Shown in pieces: positions 1 through 13,012 of a stretch of DNA of 64,000 nt (position 1 is the stretch's first letter; the number at the start of each line of letters is the position of its first letter). The DNA comes from Phoronis australis (taxonomy: Eukaryota; Animalia; Phoronida), in assembly GCA_002633005.1 (NCBI GenBank), contig NMRA01000021.1:273998-337997 (forward strand), read 5' to 3'. The notes under the pieces were generated by a model. It did no database searches, was not told the origin of the DNA, and saw only the letters and a list, made by a program, of their open reading frames with translations. Position numbers and translations under genes: made by a program.

Positions 1-3000
1 AAGCCTTCTGTAAATATTTGAAGGTGGGATTAAAACTACAGTTGTCTGGGCGTAGTCACACGTGAACGTATTACAGAGCAAAAAAAAAACGATTTTTTGT
101 GTGTTAACGCATATTATTCATATCAAAACGTGCTATTCCAATTATTGGAAAATATAGTTTTTAATATTTTCCTTCCTATATTAGCTCCTCGGCTAAGGTC
201 GAGTATGTTGGCTAGGCCCGTTACAAAATGACATTACCATACTAAGAATGTGTTCACATGGTTTGAGGTCCTGATGTCTTGCTGAGGCCATTTTGTCTCC
301 TTGCTGCTGTATTCACAAACAAGCTATCTGTGCATTTCTGTTACAGCTCATGGGGCATATCATAGAATTCCATTCTATTGTCTCTGCTTCTGACTGTAGG
401 GAACTGTTGACCATTAGCCATTCACTCAAGTTGGTTCCACAACATTTGTTGTTCTGGGGGTCTGTCTTATTCCAAAGGCAACTGCACCTAATCCCAGCCT
501 TTCCTTTTATAATATGTCTCAGCTGGTTTAACCCTTTTGTCCCTGGTTGTTACGCAAACAAACAAGCTCATGGAGTTATCTTGAGGTGTGGGCCGAACCC
601 ATGGGCATTCTAGCTCCGTGGTCTTTGATGTTAGGCGACTCTCCTGTTGACTAGGTATATTGACTTGATACGATAGAACAGGTCTCACAATGGGGCTATT
701 CGGAGGCGAGTTTTTCGAATCGGTCTATGTTTTTTTGTCACTCAGTCTCCAGATGATTCATGGCGACTTTCCGTTGAGTCCAACTGGTGAACCGGAATAC
801 ATTTATGTAATCATTTTTGTAGAAGCATGTCTGCGGTTATTGGCCGAGCTGAGATTATGAAGGACGTAAGACTGATTTGTATGTGAGAATGCATTTCTTT
901 TGATATGGTTAAATGAGTTTTTGAAATCTTGGTGATGACTTGCTAGTGGCCATTGTATTGGGAAACAATAAGTGTCAAGAAAGTCAAACCTTGAGAAACA
1001 AAATAAAAAAGTTGGCAAATCATATATTTACTATTTGAATTTATTGGGAGTTTTTAATGATAATATTAAAGCATTGTCAAGTGAAGTCAAGTCATTACAA
1101 ATAGTCCCTGTTATTGAAGGAGGTCCTCTTGGCTATGTTTATTTTCATCGTTTCCCAGTGGCTTTTAACTTTAACATATAGTGACGATATTCCATGCACT
1201 CAGAACCTGCAATCTTTTGTTTTGGTTCAAACTAATTATATGATATAGATACGTTCTTGTTAATTAGTAAATTGCTATCTTAATGGAATATTTTATTAAC
1301 CAGTACGACGCATCCAGATTCGAAAGGCTTTCTCATTAAATCTCCCAGTCATCGACCTGTGCGGTCTGCTTATTGCTCCAATATTACTGTTTTTTTCTTT
1401 CACTTGACAAAAATGTTCTTTAAAAGTCGATTTTCTTGTACATCCATCATCAAATGCTGTTTCTGTGCATTCTACAGTGTTGACACCATTAAGAAACCAT
1501 TGCAGTTGAGAAAAAATGTTGTTCAATTTGCCAGAGAAAAAATGCTGTTCAAATTGTTTAGCTATATCATGCAGCGTGAATAGTCTTAGTTTGTTAGCAT
1601 GGTAGTTAGCAATACTTACACATGCACAGTACAGTCAGCATGGCACCAAGAATTTATTTCCTTGGATGCTCTTGCCTTGTGCGGTGGACTGAGTGTCTCT
1701 GCTGTGTTCTTTTGTGGCTTTTATTGTGAGAACTGCAGTGTGATTGGTTTGGCAAATAACAAATATAGTAACTCTTGCCATTGTTGTTAATTTGTTTCAC
1801 CTTTCTTGCTTCACCTTAAAAACTAGAGTCCGTAATTGATCTTTATTAGTGTGCTTTTTGATTGGCTTTGTAAATTGTATAAAAACCTGCGTGAGTGAGT
1901 TTTACATGTAATTAATATTAGCATGTAAACGTCTCAAGAGGAAAATATTAAAACATAAAACAAAGATTTTTTGCACCATTTTAATTTTTGTGGGCTCTTA
2001 AATGTGGAAAACAAAGTGCGTGGTTTGGCGACTTCTGCACCGTCTAATTGGCCACCTCAAATGACTTTGTGTTGAGCCAAGTCAGTGTAACTCTACTAGA
2101 CACTTACAGTGGTCACGTTTTCATTATCTAAAATGGCTGTTCTCAAGTAGCACAGACCGCCGCTAATGGCATTCTATCTAACCGTTATAAGATCTTTTCT
2201 CAGGCTAATGTGCCCAATATCAAGGACTACTTAAAACGTGTGCAAATATTAACTATTACGTAATTTAGATTGTACACTGGTCATCGAGATCGTTTGATAC
2301 ACGCTTGTTCATTGTATCCTTTCATAATAAAAATAGATGCATCCTGCCTTATCAAATAAAAAGAAACCAGTTCAATCTACAAATATTGGCGGTAAGCCAG
2401 TAAATCATGAGAATATTTTTTAATTTTTGTTTCAAATTCAAACATGTGCCTGGAACATTTCCATGGTCAATTTATCTTCCTTTGTGTCCACTCATCTCAC
2501 TGCATTTTTCTAGATGTTAAGACTATTATAATTTTATACAGGTACACTTTATATTTGTAATTAACTGGAATGAATGCCCCCTGTTGCTCATGCTCAGCCT
2601 CTCACCCTCTCATTTTAAACACCTTGGGTCACACTAAAACTAGGTCACTTCAAGGCCTTGCATCCAGTATTTTTCTTTCTTCTAACAAATCTACTGTGCC
2701 CAGTATATTGAGTTAGTGTATTTTTAGGACTGCCTGTTTTTGTTAATGTCTTAACAAGTGGGCAAATCTGTCGTGGTCATGGTAACAGCTAATTACTGGA
2801 AGTGACAGAGTTTCCAGAGGCCAAACAATAAACTTGTTGGTTATGTTGTTGATTAGCTTCATTTTGGGCGGCAATTTTTAAAGTTACATGTTAGGTATGG
2901 TATCATTTGATATGTTCTGTTAAGGTTTCGGATAAAGTTGTGTTTGTATGATGTGCACTTTGAAGTTATCATTTCAAGTTAAATCGTTGATAGAGAAATT

Positions 3001-6000
3001 CAGTCAGTAGGTAGGTTGTCATGACTCCTAAAACTTATGCTTTTGATACCAGCATGCACACAAATCATTTCTAATTCTAAATAACCCAGATATCATTTCA
3101 GTGTGTACTTTCACATTCAGTACATTCTCTCACAGTTTCTATGCAACCAGCTGACAATATAGTTCTAGGGAGAAAATTTGTCAATGTTAAGTTTCAAAAA
3201 TGGATTCTACCTAACAGACTTACTCCCTTGTTTGATGCCTTATGGGCACAGGTGAAGGTTAATTTCAACACGCTCAGTGAAGCACAACTCTGTCATGAAA
3301 CTCGAACAATGCCAAGCTTGAAAATTAAAATTTACATCGCTTTGAACAAATTTCGAGATTTCACTGCCATGCATGCTGAAACGTTTCTGGGTCAGAGGCT
3401 GCAATGTGAAGGTATTTTGAAAATACTTAGGGGGTGTGGGTCTTTGTCTGTTGTGTTATGCTTGCTCTGAATTTAGAAATAAAGCAATTTGAATATGCTT
3501 TACTTCATTATCAGGGACATAGAACATATTTTTCACCTTCCTGTGTAAACCTCACCTTTGTTGTATTAATGGTTAGCAGTCGCAGTCAAAACAAGCTTTC
3601 CTCTAATTATTGATAGAATTTTGAAGTACCAATGTAATGGGTTTGTTACATTATGGTGCTATTTCTTTTTCAAATTTTGTGCACTTTTACACAAATTGTA
3701 ATAAGTTTGCAGAGTTACGTTAATGAAGCCTCTACTTATTAGAATATATATGTTGTCAAAAACATTTTCCTTTTCATAAACATGTTTTCAACCCTTCTAA
3801 AATCGAATAACATTAACCTCTTATTTTACCAATCATTTCTTTTAAAGGTTTTATCTCTAGTTTGAAATGCCTTTTTGTTGCTTTATCAGGTTACAGTTCC
3901 TTACTTTTTAGTATGAATGGGAGGCCATTTTGAACCAACTTGCTAAGTAGCTTACAGCCTCATGTTGGCGTGCGCGATTTGCAATCTTTTTTTCTACGTG
4001 ATGATTAAAGGAAATGAAGATAACTACTTAACGACAATATTAAAGATGTCCGCCTGAGTAGAAAATGACTACATGCACTTGTGCCATTATGAAAGGCGAT
4101 TGAAATTATAAAATAGTTCACTGAGTCTCAGCATGTAGTCTCAGTTCTTGTAAAACTAATTTCTTCCTGGATTGGTGCCCAGCGATATTGCAATTAGAAG
4201 CCAGGAGAATTGATACCAGAATGATAACGCATTTACCACGACTGTGAACAAAATTAATACAACCAATATTTAAAATCGTTATTTTGTAGTGCTTTGCTAG
4301 AATCTTGAATGAGTTTAACCAGATGTCCTTTTAGGTTGCTACCAAGGAACTTATCGCAGCTTTATCTATTTGCTAATCTATTCATAAGTTATCAGGCTCT
4401 TAGTTTGGCCAAAGTGCATCACAGAGATTTTTTAGTTATTTTGGATTGGTTCTTTCCGTCTGTGGCGACACTGAACGTGTCGCCGTTTTAAATAATCCGG
4501 TTAATAGCCAAACTGCTTTTTGCGTAATCAAATTTTTTTGTAAAAGTTGTGATTCATAATTTTTCTCTGCTGCTAAGTAACAGTAATGGTGAACAGATTT
4601 GTAATGTGAAAAAACTAAATTTTTTCCTAAATTAACCCTATTGTATGAGACCTTAAATATGGACTAGAATATGCACATTATCATTCACCCAAATGAAGGT
4701 GAATTTGGTAAGTTTTGAATCATTGATAAATCTGCGTATTCTTATTCTACCGTAAAGACGTTGGAATGACTAGTAATGCATCATATACATGATGAGTGCT
4801 TTTTTAAATATTGAATAATTGTTTTAACAAACCATGTTATGTAAAAACAACTTAGTATATTTTGGCAATTTTTTCTCTTTCGAATCGTTGATGTATGTTG
4901 CATTATGTCGCTGCTCACTGGACAGTAAAAATGTATCATCCATCTCTCTCATGCTGGTGATTTCATCTCTGTGTAATTAGTCAGCGAGGAGACTATTTCT
5001 TTCAATTTGATTTTTTGCGCTAATTGAAGTCAAGTCATCCTTAAATCCGAACACGTCGCAATGTCGTATTAGGTCTGAGTGGACTGCCAATGTTGTTAGC
5101 TGTTTTCGTCTGTCTCGTCTTTGGCAGGGTCACTGAAACATTTCTCAGGAATGGAATCTTTGGATTTTGCAGTTGAACTGGGGTGAAAACGATTACTTGA
5201 TTAAATATTTTATTGTTGTTCTTTTAAGTAGGTGTTCCACTTAGTTTGATATGTTATTAGTGTTCATCTGATTTTTATTTCTTATGCCAATTTGTATTTT
5301 TCACCGATTTTTATCTTTACTTAGGAAATTACAAATACATTTTCTTTTGATATTAAGTACTTAGTAAATCTATTTATCCCTGTGTTTCAAAAGGATTTCT
5401 CATTAGCTTGTATCCAAAATTGCTTGAAAATATAATTGGACATTCTGGTGTCTCAGATGTGGTTCTTGGGAGCACCTTCAACACACAAATCCAAACAAAG
5501 CATTCCATTCACAATGGACCACCCTAGCGATTCTTCAAGACCTCTGCCAATAGGTGTGAGAACTCTTTAAAAAAATTACCCTATAAGAAAATGTCAAAGT
5601 GTCAGGCGGCTATTTTGCTTTCCTAATTTTTGTCTCTTATCATAACTAGCCCTTGATTCTAAAGAAGCCTGCCTTGTCAGCAGTCATTGTGTCTACTTGT
5701 GATGTGTGTGCTGTGATATTGCCAGGCAGTATGGTCCAACTTTGGGCTGTGACCTGGCTTGACACCAACCCCAACAAGTTATATAATATGGTCACAGAGC
5801 AAACATGCTTGAGAGATGTGGAGATGTTAATGGCCAGGAATTGCTTTCTGAAAAACAATCACATTGTGGTTGTTGGTTGGTTGCTGAACAAGATATTTGA
5901 ACGTGTGATCCAATAAAACAACAAAATCAGTTGTTTTTTGATGTTTTTGTGCTGGCGTTTTTTTTTTTTGATGTTCTTGTGATTAAGAAAATTATTGGAG

Positions 6001-7021
6001 CTATTTTGAGCATGGAAAAATTGCATTTTAGGGTCTGTTATTAGACAAGATCTCTATAATCAGAATTGGAAGAAAAGGGAGCAATGCTACAGTGTTCGAG
6101 ACAGCCATGCATATATAAACATTTCCTGTTTTTTTCATGAAAAGGTGGTCTTATGGGTCACCGCCAACAGAAATGTTGTTTTTTGGTTCCACAAACAGGA
6201 GAGTCTGGTAGCCACGTCTGTAGTATGCAACCGAATCTGTTGGTTTTTCTGGCTAAAGTTAGATTAAATAACATTACAGTTGTGAGGGGTGTGGCATTTC
6301 GATGACTTCCCTGATTGTGTCCCCCTTCTTGCTTCTTCTGCTAAAAGTACATCTGATCTTGAAGCTGTCATTGCTCTACAGTTATTCTCCCAATCATTGT
6401 GTTGTTACGCTCTCATGCCGTGGTTTTCTTCAAAGAGGACATAAATGGAAATAACAGGAGTTTCTGTGAAAATTTTCCTTACAAATTCATGGCGGACCTT
6501 TTCTGGTCACTGTGTAAAATTGTTTATAAAAGCAGTACATTTGTTTTGTCTTGTTGCATAACCTTTAGACTGCTTGATAAATGAATTACCTGGTTTCCAT
6601 GAATTTTACCTTTATCGAGGAATCCTACTAATCAACAGTGGGGTGTGTTTCAAGAGCAGAGTGTTACAACCCAACAACAATGTGGAAGCTCTCTTGCGCT
6701 ATGCTCTTTTAAGACACTCATGAGGGACTTAATGTGGTAGGAAATCTTGGCTTATGGAATGGAAACCCATGAATATTTTTCCCACAATTCAATATTCCAG
6801 CATTGTGGTTTAGTGGGCTCCTCAGTAGTAGTCATTTCGCTTGTTTACGTTAACTAGTAAAGTTTACTAGTGTAGCACATGCCTTTCACATGATGATTTT
6901 GTGTCATCTTCCATTATCTTGCTTAGGGTCGATGGAGACTTGATGTAAGTCCTAATAACTTGAGAGTTGAGTGAGATTATGCAATATCACACAAGACAAA
7001 TGCAAGATCTTAAAAGCATTA

Positions 7022-7230
7022 TGTGAGTAAGCTGGTATTTTGTGAGTAAGCAAGTTCCTTGTGAGTAAGCTAGTTCTTTGTGAGTAAGCTAGTATTTTGT
7101 GAGTAAGCTAGTATTTTGTGAGTAAGCTAGTGTTTTGTGAGTAAGCGAGTTCTTTGTGAGTAAACTTGTTCTTTGTGAGTAAGCTGGTATTTTGTTAGTA
7201 AGCTAGTTCTTTGTGAGTAAGCTAGTATTT
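7022..7230 (+). repeat. Minisatellite, 11 x 19 bp (TGTGAGTAAGCTAGT[A/T][T/C]TT)
   Basis: Units start at 7022, 7041, 7060 ... 7212 with exact 19-bp periodicity and no spacers. Confidence 0.97.
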
Positions 7231-10200
7231 TGTAACCTAGTATATCCATTACGAGTTGGCTATTGCGACCTTACTTGCACAAACTAGCAAAATGTCCTCC
7301 ACTGCAAGTGATTCAATGGCGATGCTGAAATTTTGGATAATGGGATGGTATCTACAGATATCCAGAAAACCATGCCCCCTAGGAGGCCTCAGATTTACTA
7401 AAACAACAGGTGTTGAGGCGAGATCTTGGAGACACAACACACTTCGTACTAGGAAGCTAGAGTTAATTACTAAGATTTGCACAAATACTGTTGGTAGAAA
7501 TGTAAACAATTTATCAGAAAAAAATCGCTTTGCACCTGAACTTTCAAAAGTTAGGGAAGTGGGCGACTGAGTCTGTTTGGTCCTCAAATTGGCACAGTGA
7601 TGACCTGAGATATCTCTCTGAGAGGAACAGGAGATCACCATCACAATGTACTTCCCAGGTTCACAAGTCAGGTCACGAACTGTGTGCTCCAGTGACCAAA
7701 CTGAGGGTGAAGACTACTGCTGGATATGAGTACTATAATACACATGATGTTAGATTAAGTAGTTACTGCCAGAAAACTCATCTTTGTGTTGCATAAGCCA
7801 AGATTTCTCACTGGCAAGTGTCTCACATGTGACCAGCATTACCACTGTCAGCACTGCAGGTCTGCTGGGTTCCTGCTGAGATCAGCTGTGCTGTAAGACA
7901 ACAGCCAGCAGTCTCTGAGTGAATGTATTTTATGAATACAGCCCAGTCAATCGGCAGCTATCATTTTATGAGATTTTTTTTACGAAACGGCATCAGATGT
8001 AGTGGTTAATAAGTTGGCTTTTATCACCGCGATTTTTATACTGAAGTCTGGATTTTCCGATTCTGTAGCTAATTGTGGTTTTTCTAAGTGGATATCAAGG
8101 ATAGTCTTTGTTTTGCGTGAAGCTAATGAAGATATTAAAATTCCTTGAAAGGGTAGATTTATGCTATATTTTTGAAACTTAAAAGCTAAATTAATTGTCA
8201 TATAGCATCAAATATCATAGTTAGATTTTATATTGTTTCATAAGATGTTGATCCGGGATTGGGTGAATTGAAGACAAGAAATACTATCAACACTAACAAA
8301 CAAACAAAAATTTACAACTAAAATCCCTTACGATGTCCCCTGATTATTTTCTCTTCTAATCCATAAAACATTACAACATCATGGTCACCGCATAGTCAAT
8401 AGTGATTTGAGTTGTGGCTAGAAAAACTGTTGGTCCTTATAAGGAAATTAAAGGTGCTTTGAACGAATACCTTCTTAACTTGATAGAAATCATAGAATAT
8501 GTAAGATACTGATCTGCTGTTCAAATTAAAGTGATGGTTTGATTTCATACCTGTCTTCAATTAATAATATCGTAAAACCGTTGACTTTATCTTGGGAGTG
8601 ACCGATCTTTTGTTTTCAGTTTTATCTTATAAAAAGCACAATACAAGGCAATCTCACAAGACAACTTGTCAAAGCTGCCTGGTCTCTCAAAATTTTGTGA
8701 GGTTGCAGTGTTTAATTCCATTGCTTTCATATATCAAGATGTTGAATGCAAGATTGAATATTATTAGACCAAACTGCGTTTAAGCTACTCTTTTTCACCA
8801 ATCAAAGTGTCGCAATCCATGTCTTATTGACTGTAGTACTGGGACAAAAACCTAGTAGGAACCCAGTAGGTTTCTGCGTACTCTGAGTTGGAGCCCTATG
8901 GATAGTTTGGCATTCGAGACTTGTTGTTGCCCAAAGTTTCCCTATCCTCCCTTTACTCGGCCAGCTTCATCAAAGTGAGAAAAAAGTTTGGCGTGATGTG
9001 GTTCTTAAAAAAGTGCAGGGAGGGCCTAGGTTTTGTCCTGTGTTGACTGGCAGATTAGGAGCATTGCACTAATTTTCACTCTCCTTCTAATGGATCTTAA
9101 CTTTAGTGTATGAAAGGGAGTGATTGGGGTGTGAATATGTTGAGGGACCTGGTGGAGTGAATGTGGTGTGAATGTTTTGAGAGCCCTCATGGAAGCCAGT
9201 TCACAGCAGTGAAGATGTTATCCTTGTTCAAAATAAAAGTAAGTTATCATGTTGACTAAGTAATAATTTACTCTGGTGAGGCAGTTACGTACTATAACAT
9301 TGACAGCATTATTAGCCATCACATTCTGTACAAATCACTACAGAGTTCTCAAGTTATTCTGTCAGGTATCATGACTGTGCGGTTGTTCTTAATCAAATGG
9401 TTGGCAATCAGATGTCTACTGTAAAACATATTGGCGGATCTTAAAAAGAAACAATATCTACCTAGCTTCTGAAAACATAGCGGAGCAGACCTCCCTAAAT
9501 CTGTCTACGGTGCCTATCTCATGGTCTTGTTTGAGCGGTTATTGACGATGAATGAACTGCATATTATTCGATCCCAGGAACCTTAGCACTCTTTCTTTGA
9601 ATGTTTTTAAAACAAAGATGGTACTATCCAGTGTTTATTTACAATTGAGATTTTTGTCCTTGTCAGCTCTCAGCTGTTAATCTCATTGGTATCCCCCCAA
9701 CCAGATTTACTAAGTTGTAAAATCTTTTAACTTTGAACCAGGTTCACCACAATATCAGGCAAGGATTGGTTATTGGATTGTCCGCAGTATTTGTAGAGGC
9801 TGTCACTGTGTGTTAAGAATACAGTATTTTGTGAAAAATGATTTTAAAAACACTGCAATCCAATTAATCCATTTTATGGCCATTTTGAAATTTTTGAATA
9901 TTGCTTCATAAGATTTAGTAAGAACATTTCAGTTGGATTGTCTAAAACAATTTGAAAACCTTTGCTCATCATTTTCAAGGTTTTCTTAGACTGTCTTGGC
10001 TCTGCTTATGGAAATTGGTTTTGTTTCTTTTGTCCATGTTTCCTAAATTACCGACGACACCTGTTTTGCACACCTTGTCAGAGAGGTTCCAGTGCCGATC
10101 ACGTCTGTCGATCACGTCTGCTGTACACATTTGCATCCCAACACAGGAGACAGTTTGTGGCAAACTCTGAAATCGGGTTAATGTTTTTAATAATGCAAAT

Positions 10201-12870
10201 GGCTCTGACATACACTCCTATAATAAAATTAAGCAAACAAAGGCCATTTTCATTCCTAACCATTTACTAATGGGTATAACTGTGCAACCTGTATTAACAT
10301 ATCGGCGTTTGTGGAACCTTGCTGAGAGATAAGCTCTTCCGTTCTAATCACTCTAAAACACTATATACTCGGGTTTCCTGGCACAGAAATTTACAGAGAG
10401 TGTCTTCCATTTGGCTGTTACCTTCTGAAGTTAGTAGGACCTCTCATATTGTCATATGGTCTGGTTTGTCTGTACTAGGGCTAGATTTACTTTTAATCAA
10501 AAAATTCCCTTTGATACATACTTATTTATTGACCCGACTGCTGGGGAAACAATTAAAAGTAACCTTAATAATTTTTTACCTGAATGAACAACCGCTGTCT
10601 GATGCTGCTGTGACTTGTAACTGTGTCAAGTTTGACACAAAATGACAACCCCTTGCTTGATTAAATTCTTGGAGTTGGCATTCTGGGATAGGTTACAGAA
10701 CAAATAAATTCTGTCTGAGTACATCAACTTTCCTTGGCAGATACCTCTCAAACTGTCTCAAACTGTGCAAAGTGTCGTTATTTTATGCCAACTGCCCTTT
10801 AGCTAAAATTGATGAAATGTTTTGCTTGACATTTAGCTCCCCAAAACTAACCAAAGCTGATATTATTTCATGCACAATATCACTCTTGCACTACCTGTCT
10901 CCTTAGTGTACGCAAAACCTATTTCTATCAGCCCACAGTTGCAGAGAAAATATATCCATTGGATCATTGCAAAAAGGAATTGATTCATGACCGTCATTAG
11001 AGCACTTATTAAAAACAAATTAAAACCAAGAGGGGCTGCATTGAAAATGCCAAATTAAAATTTTGATGCATTTAGCACGTTGCACAGCTGTTTAAGTGTT
11101 TGTGGCCGCTTTGAGGATGTGTAGTATAATTCGAAGTGATCAAAACAACATCTGTAACACAACACGATCCATGTTCAGCACAAGCCGCTTCGTAAGAGAG
11201 CAAATGTTCATCACTCTACTTCTGTGAGAAGGGTCTACATGTTTTTGCGGTCAAGCTAGGCTCAAAACTTTTCCGTTTGTTAGTTCATGTGCTCGATATG
11301 CCATCATTCGAAACCCTAATATAGTGCAAATTGATGTTGGGTTGGAAACTTGAAAATTTGCGCCAGTTTTGTTTAAATAGTCAAAAGATAGATTTTGAAG
11401 ACGAACTACTGTTGGCGTACCGAGATTTGCCAAAGCAGTATTCAAAACATCAAATGTAAAGCCCTTCCTCACATCATTTTAATGCATCTTTCCTTTGAGA
11501 CTACTTGAAAGTTGACCAATCACATGACACGCGTTGAGTAAACTTTCAGATTTAACCTTATGTGATTGGTCAGTTTTTGCTTCATCTCTAATAATGTTTG
11601 GTTGTCATGGGTGCAGATGCTTTTTAATAGGCAAATAGTGATAGTCACCCCTGAAATGTTCAGGTGGTAGAAATCTCAAATTTACCACACAACCCCTAAT
11701 AAAAAATACATACAAAAATTTTCCAGTCCAGTTAGAGTTTGTAAATAAACTCCATTTGGCCATTCCATCATAAAACAATTTAGAATGACAGCAGACATGA
11801 CAGGTTTGGACATTATCGTGTCCAAATCTGATTAATGAGTGAAACTCAGGCTTGTCATGTTTCAAGTCACTCAAAACCTGATGTCTTTCCTGTGTTTACA
11901 AAAAGTACACATACTCTGCTGAGCTCACTTATCCACGGAGCTGAGTCTTTAAGTTATTTGGAAGTCTGTGTGTTTGTTTCCTTGTACTTAAACCTCTGCA
12001 ATTTTAGATAAAACTAATCTTTTTATTTTCAAGGTCCTCAAACTTTTTTGTGAAATGCCCATACTTTTTAAAATACTTTCCAATAGGAGCTGTGATACCA
12101 AACTAGACATGGTAAATTATTATTTTGGTACAGTGTTTTTGTAAGTCTAAAATGGTAAGATTTCACCGTATATCTTGTAACATAGACTTGAAGTAATAGA
12201 TTTCCCCCCTTTTCCACAGTATGTCAATTGGTTTTTATGTAGTCTATGTAGTCAGATTGCCTTGGGTTGTTGTATGTGTGACTAATGAATTATTTTAAAA
12301 TAATAAGATAGCGCATAATTAATTTATTCTTTGTGTTAATCATGTTACTATTTCTTTGAAATCGAAGCTGTGGTTGACATGAAGCACTTGGTCCCCCAAG
12401 GCAACCTGTTACAAACTCATGTTTATTTACAAAAGAACTTCTTGGTTTTAATTATCAAATGGTCATCATGCGAACTTAACCAGCTGATAAAGAAAAAAAA
12501 TTTTTTTTTGCATTGAAAGCAAAAATTGGTTTTGATTCGATGCTAGTGGTGACTTCCATTAACATTGTGGTTGAATATCCTTAGGCGTCGTGTGGCCATA
12601 ACTTATTAGTAGATGAAACTTTGTTTTCTGCTATTTTCTGTTGTTGCAAAGTAGTACTTTTTGTAAATTAAAAACAAATTAAAATCCTTATAATTGAAAA
12701 GTTAAAGAAGTAAAGGGTTTGTTACTAATAAGAATGTAAAAAGTTCTTTGGCATTAGAATTACTGTGAAAGCAACCGATTTGCATGTTGCTGAGATGTGG
12801 TATTGTTGTTGGTATCCTTATGGCTGCATTCAGTTGAAAAGACTACAAGTTATGCCTCCTGTTGTTTCAG

Positions 12871-13012
12871 AGATCACCAGGGTTAAGTAGTATCCCGTTC
12901 AGTGCCCCCCAGGAGGATAGTCAGTCTACACGGTCGGGCGACACCCCCGGTCCAAACGGACCAAACAGCCAACAAACATCACAGAGTATTGGTGACAATT
13001 TGAGTGAAGCAG
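12871..13012 (+). CDS. Meis: Meis/homothorax internal coding exon (linker between HM domain and homeodomain)
   Basis: tgtttcAG acceptor and G|GTAAGC donor. Encodes RSPGLSSIPFSAPQEDSQSTRSGDTPGPNGPNSQQTSQSIGDNLSEA(G), similar to vertebrate Meis 'DTASTRSGGTPGP...SGDNSSEQG'. 142 nt, ends phase 1 and joins the next exon in frame. Confidence 0.88.

Noticed and set aside
7022-7230. Regular repeat resembling a CRISPR array
   Set aside because: Head-to-tail units with no unique spacers, in a eukaryotic intron with no cas genes.
7658-7675. GGTTCA-caagtc-AGGTCA as a RARE; also the 'HELC' peptide resembling the Meis HM domain 'VHELCDNF'
   Set aside because: The spacer is 6 nt (not DR1, DR2 or DR5), and the peptide similarity stops after four residues.
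293-12860. ORF-track entries in the first 12.8 kb as possible Meis HM-domain exons or nested genes
   Set aside because: No MEINOX motifs or recognisable domains; composition is typical of random intronic ORFs.
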